Notes under the pieces: model-generated
Database searches by the model: none
The model's input: the letters and a program-made list of their open reading frames with translations, nothing else
What the model was told of the DNA's origin: nothing
In this document: positions 63,161-64,000 of the stretch, one piece after another
Position numbering within the stretch: the first letter of the stretch is position 1
Layout: the number at the start of each line of letters is the position of its first letter
Source: Ascidiella aspersa
Lineage: Eukaryota
Length of the DNA stretch: 64,000 nt
Direction: 5' to 3'
Assembly (NCBI GenBank): GCA_963924565.1
Contig: OZ004614.1
Coordinates: 10,602,001 to 10,666,000, forward strand
Program-made: the position numbers and the translations under genes

Positions 63161-64000
63161 AGAGCTAAACTCTCGGATAACGATTTGAAGATAAGTGAGG
63201 TTTTTACAGAAGAAGAATATTTTATGGATTCGTCTCGGATGGTTCCTGGATGCATCGTACGTCATATGCGTTACGTCATAGACACGCCCTTTTGCTTGTC
63301 ATTGTGCCGCTCAGATGTGCTTCTGTATTTTGAGGCTCCCGAGCATTGACCTTATATCTCTTAACCTTATTGGTCAGCAATTATTTGCTGTTCTCACAAG
63401 AGATATTACACACTATATATTTTTGTTTTTAGCACTCGCTTTATTTAAACCGCATGCCAACGCATTCAAGGCCTGTACATCGCCGGGCGCCTGTTATATA
63501 TATATATATATTGCCAAAGATTTCGCTGTTATCTCTACACTACTATGCCTGTTTATTTTATTTTTTTTTTGTATAACATCACGAACTATTTATCTCAGGG
63601 AACTCACGCTTTTCAGGGATGGCACAAAAACTACAAAGTGGCCAGAAGAACATGCGGTCTGGCCACGCGTCTTGAGTATTGACGGTGTCTGAAAAAGTTA
63701 AACGATATCATAAAATTAAACGTTTCTGTCTGCCGGTTTCACTAAAAATAGACCTTTGTTTGGCTTCCGCTTGAAAGATTCTGTCGTGGAACTCGCAAGC
63801 TTAGGCGTAAATGACACGTGGAACTGTAAGGTTTTCTACGCAACACTCACACGTATATACACAAGTAGGCGAATCACGCCCCCCCCCCCCCCCCCCCCAG
63901 TTAAAGTCGCCGTTGTGCAGCATTGTACATAGACAAGCTGGACGGCCAAAATGCAGAGGGTCCTATGCTGCCGGTCTCGTGCCTGTATAGTGCAGTGTTT

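Noticed and set aside
62123-63265. 380-aa antisense ORF over FoxH (also the antisense ORFs over FEN1 and the 7TM gene)
   Set aside because: These are shadow ORFs of codon-biased sense genes. The poly-Leu is just the reverse of poly-Gln.
63878-63898. Poly-C run downstream of FoxH
   Set aside because: A simple homopolymer of uncertain length with no supporting context.

Overview
Eukaryotic animal DNA with GT-AG introns, probably a tunicate or other invertebrate chordate (inferred from gene content and the tight co-oriented gene spacing). From left to right: (i) a near-identical 5,331-bp-offset tandem duplication that leaves a truncated and a full copy of an intronless 7TM receptor-like gene, with the last three exons of fructose-bisphosphate aldolase between them; (ii) an unassigned minus-strand terminal exon; (iii) a defective Gypsy (CsRn1-like) LTR retrotransposon, several MITEs and a 1.87-kb foldback element filled with minisatellite; (iv) a closely spaced plus-strand run FEN1 - ANAPC15 - SNAPC1 - FoxH. 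SNAPC1 has a 26-kb third intron with many CpG-rich, enhancer-like islands. The main finding is that SNAPC1 shows no convincing terminal exon of its own. Its sixth exon can splice in frame (acceptor AG 58215-58216) into the open reading frame that continues into FoxH, predicting a ~1,391-aa SNAPC1-FoxH fusion protein. A second acceptor 185 nt downstream would give either a short free SNAPC1 or, by trans-splicing or an internal promoter, a free FoxH. Gene models were assembled by eye and family assignments come from remembered consensus sequences, so both need database and RNA confirmation.
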